The notes under the pieces were generated by a model. The model was not told the DNA's origin and made no database searches. It saw nothing but the letters and a program-made list of their open reading frames with translations. Positions 60,500 to 64,000 of a stretch of DNA of 64,000 nucleotides are shown one piece after another. How positions within the stretch are numbered: the stretch's first letter is position 1; every line of letters begins with the position of its first letter. Made by a program: the position numbers and the translations under genes. The stretch is from Narcine bancroftii (taxonomy: Eukaryota): positions 15,128,001 through 15,192,000 of the forward strand of contig NC_091476.1 of the NCBI RefSeq assembly GCF_036971445.1, in the 5' to 3' direction.

Positions 60500-63400
60500 G
60501 AGCCCATCGAACACGACAGCACAGTACAGCCCCTTCAACCTTCGACGTGGTGCCAACCCATATATCCCGGAAAAAAGGTACTAAGCCCACCCTACCCCGT
60601 AACCTTCTATTTTTCCTTGTGCCTGTCTTAGAGTCTCTTAAATGTTCCTAATGTTTCAGCCTCCACCACCATCTCAAGTAAGGCATTCCAAGCACCCACA
60701 ACTCTCTGTGTAAAAATAGAAAAAAAAATTAACCTTGATGTCTCCCCTAAATTTATCTTCCATAACTTTGTACACATTTCCTCTGGTGTTTGCCATTCCT
60801 GCCCTGGGAAACAGCTGCTGGCTGTCCACCCTCTCTATGCCTCTCATAATCTTGTTGACCTCTAATTCTCATCCTTCTACATTCCAAAGAGAAAAGTCCC
60901 AGCTCTGCTAATCTTGCCTCATGAAACTTGATTTCATATCCAGGCAACATCTTGGTAAATTTCCTTTGCACTCTCTCCAAGGTTTCCACATCCTTCCTAT
61001 AATGAGGTGACAGAACTGAACACAATATTCCAAGTGTGATCTCACCAGAGATTTATAGAGTTGCAACGTGACCTCTCTACTCCTGAACTCAATCCCCCTA
61101 TTAATGAAACCCAACATCCTATAGGCCTTCTTAGCTATTCTATCAACCTTTACAGCGACCTTGAGGGATGTATGCATTTGAACCCCAAGGTCCTTCTGTT
61201 CATCCACCCTCTTAAGTAATCGACCATTAATCCTGTACTCAGCCTTCTGGTTTGTCCTTCCAAAATGCATCACTTCACACTTATCCAGATTGAAATCCAT
61301 CTTCCACCTTTCTGCCCAACTCTGCATCTTGTAACCTTCAACAACCTTCAGCTCCATCCACAGCTCCTCCAACCTTCTTGTCATCCACAGACTTACTGAC
61401 CCATCCTTCCGCCTCTTCATGCAGGACATTTATAAAAATCACGAAGATCAGGGGTCCCAGAACAGATCCTTGCGACACTCCATTAGTCACTGTCCTCCAG
61501 GCAGAATAATTTCCTTCCATTCTGCTTTCTTCCTACAATTTTTTATCCACACTCCCAAGATTCCACTGATCCCAAGCCTCATGACTTTCTGGATGAATCT
61601 CTCATTGTCAAATGCCTACCAACCCTACCCTCATCAATTTCTTTTGTTACCTCCCCAAAAAACTCAATTTGGCTTGTGAGGCATGATCTTCCCTTCACAA
61701 AGCCATGCTGACTATCTTTGAGTAGACTGTACTTCTCCAAATGCTTATAGATCGTATCCTTAAGAATCCTCTCCAATAGTTTGCATACTACTGATGTAAG
61801 ACTCACCGGTCTATAATTCCCGGGATTCTCCCTATTACCTTTGTTAAATAAGGGGTGTACATTTACCATTCTCGCATCCTCCAGCACCTCCCGCGGCCAA
61901 AGAAGATTCAAAAATGATCACAACTGCCCCAGCTATCTCTTCTCTCACTTCCTACACCAACCTGGGTATATCGCACCCAGCCCCGTGGATATCAATCTTG
62001 ATGTTTCAAAGAAGATCCAACACTTCCTCTTCCTTAATCTCCACATTGTCCAGCTCACAGGCCTGTTCTATTCTGACCTCACCATGATCAAGGTCCTTTT
62101 CTTTTATGAATACTGGAAGAAAAGTATTCATTTAAAACCCCACCAGCAGCCTCCACTTCCAGGCACATTTCGTCTCCTTTAGTGGCCCCATCTTCATTCT
62201 CATTATCCTTCTGTTCTTCACATATGCATAGAGTGCCTTGGGATTTTCCTTAATCCTGCATGCCTTCTCTTTCCCCTTTCGACATTCCCCAAGTCCTTTC
62301 CTAAGCTGCTTCCTGGCAACCATATATTTCTCATAAACCATATATTTCCTGCTTCCTATCTAACATAGGCTTCCTTCTTGCTATTGACTGGTTTTGTCAG
62401 CCATGGATCCCTTCTCCTACCATCTTTTCCTTGTCCTACCATCTTTTCCTATCCTGAACCCAGCACAAGTGGTCCCTAAACTTCCTCCATATTACTTCCG
62501 TGCTTTCACCTTTGAAAATATGTTTCAAATTTATTCTCGCTAGATCCTGCCTCATCCCTTCATAATTAGACCTTCCTCATTTAAGCACTTTCCTATTTTG
62601 TCTGTTTTTATCCTTTTCCATAGCCATGCTGAAGCTAAGGGTGTTTGGCACTCTCACCAAAATGCTCCCCACTGAGGGGTCCGCCACCTGACCAGGATCA
62701 TTGCCCAGAACTAGATCTAGTATGGCCTCTGCTCTCGTCAGCCGGTCTACATTCTATGTCAGGAATCCTTCTTGAACACACCTGATAATTTCAGCCCCAT
62801 CTATCCCTCTTGCAGTCAGGAGGTGCCAGTCAATATTAGGGAAGTTGAAATCACCCAGAACTAAGACCCTGTATTTCCTGCACCATCCCAAGATCTGACT
62901 GCTTATCTGCTCCTCCATGTCCCGAGGGTTATTTATAGACTATTCCCAGTACAGAGATAACTCCCTTCATATTTCGACTTTGAGTTGGTGTGGGTGGAAG
63001 TCCTGGATGAAAAATTCCTCTGCAGCTTTCTCCCTTTCTAAGGCCATGATGCGATCTCTGACTAAAATAGTACTCCTCCCCTTTTCTACCCTCTCCATGC
63101 TATTCCTTTTAAAACACCTAAACCCCAGTAACTGCCCTTCCTCCAGCCAAGATTCTGTAATGGCCACAATATCATAGTTCCACATACTGATCCATGCTGT
63201 GAGTTCATCCCAATTATTCCCAAAACTAGCGCTGAAAATGCACACATTTCAGCTCCATTAGCTGGATACATCTATGTTTTGTCCCCTGCCTGTCCTTCAT
63301 CACCAGCTCAGAACACAGAGTTTCATGTTTTTATCCTTCTACCCTAATCTTTGCCCTCACATTCTGATTCCCACACACCCCACCCCCCCCCACCCACCCC

Positions 63401-64000
63401 GCCCCTGCCAAATGAGTTTAAACTCTCCCCAACAGCTCTGACAAACCTATCTGCAAGGATATTGGTTCCCCTCCAGTCCAGGTGCAGCTCGGCCTTTTTG
63501 TACAGATCAGACCTTCCCCAGAAGAGATCCCAATGATCCAGAAACCTGAACCCCTTCCCCCTGCACCGACTCTTCAGCCATGCATTCATCTGCCACAACT
63601 TCCTGTTCCTTCCCTCTCTTAGGGTGTGGCACAGACAGCAATCCACCCTTGAGATGACCACCCTTGAGGTCCTGTTTTTTTAACTTCTTTCCTAACTCCC
63701 TATATTCCCTCTTCAGAACCTCATCCCTACTCCTATCTACGTCATTGGTCCCCATATGGCCAACAACATCTGGCTGCTCCCCCTCCAGAATGCTGTGAAT
63801 TCTATCAGAGACATTCTTGACCCTGGCACCTGGAAGGCAACATACCATCTTGGAGTCTTGATCTCGCCCACCAAACCACCTCCCTCTCTCTCCTAACTAA
63901 TGGGACCCCAACTACCATAGCTCTCCTTCTCTCCCCCCCTTCCTTTCTGAGCCAAGGGGCCATCCCCTGCGCCAGAGATGTGACCACCATGACTGGTCCC
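60500..64000 (-). mobile_element. Long CR1 LINE (ORF1 SGNH esterase, ORF2 endonuclease + RT), degenerate, in GAB intron 2
   Basis: ORF1 VCCLPGARV..VVGHMGTNDV..FLDHWDLFWGRSDLYKK..LHL. APE YDIVAITESWL. RT PGNYRPVSLTSVVCKLLE..SQHGFVKGRSCLT, GVSQGSVLGPLIF, KCEVMHFG..KDLGV. 3' tail near 60500. Confidence 0.93.

Noticed and set aside
1-64000. Prokaryotic-style system (CRISPR array, operon, defence island)
   Set aside because: Spliced vertebrate gene with eukaryotic TEs. No regularly spaced repeat-spacer array and no dense coding.

Overview
Vertebrate genomic DNA, most likely from a cartilaginous fish (probably a ray or skate). This is inferred from the repeat spectrum: V-SINE/HE1-like SINEs, CR1, Rex1/Babar, RTE, L1, Penelope foldbacks and hAT/Tigger MITEs. 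The main gene is a GAB-family adaptor, best matching GAB3, on the + strand. Coding exon 1 (9154-9225, MSVEDIVYTGWLIKSPPEKKLKRY) lies in a CpG-rich promoter region and is spliced across a ~50.3 kb, TE-rich intron to exon 2 (59552-59852, the rest of the PH domain). Two short spliced segments at 5881-6022 may be the 3' end of an unidentified upstream gene. Nearly all other ORFs in the track are TE remnants or chance frames. I found no prokaryote-type system and cannot support a claim of a new biological system. The best leads are a candidate in-frame alternative GAB exon (10271/10568-10603), a ~160-bp direct repeat bracketing exon 1, ribozyme-like folds in RTE and Penelope remnants, a young AviRTE-like RTE, a templated 260-bp insertion into a SINE head, and inverted repeats just upstream of exon 2. 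All family assignments come from recalled motifs, not database searches, and the ends of decayed repeats are approximate.
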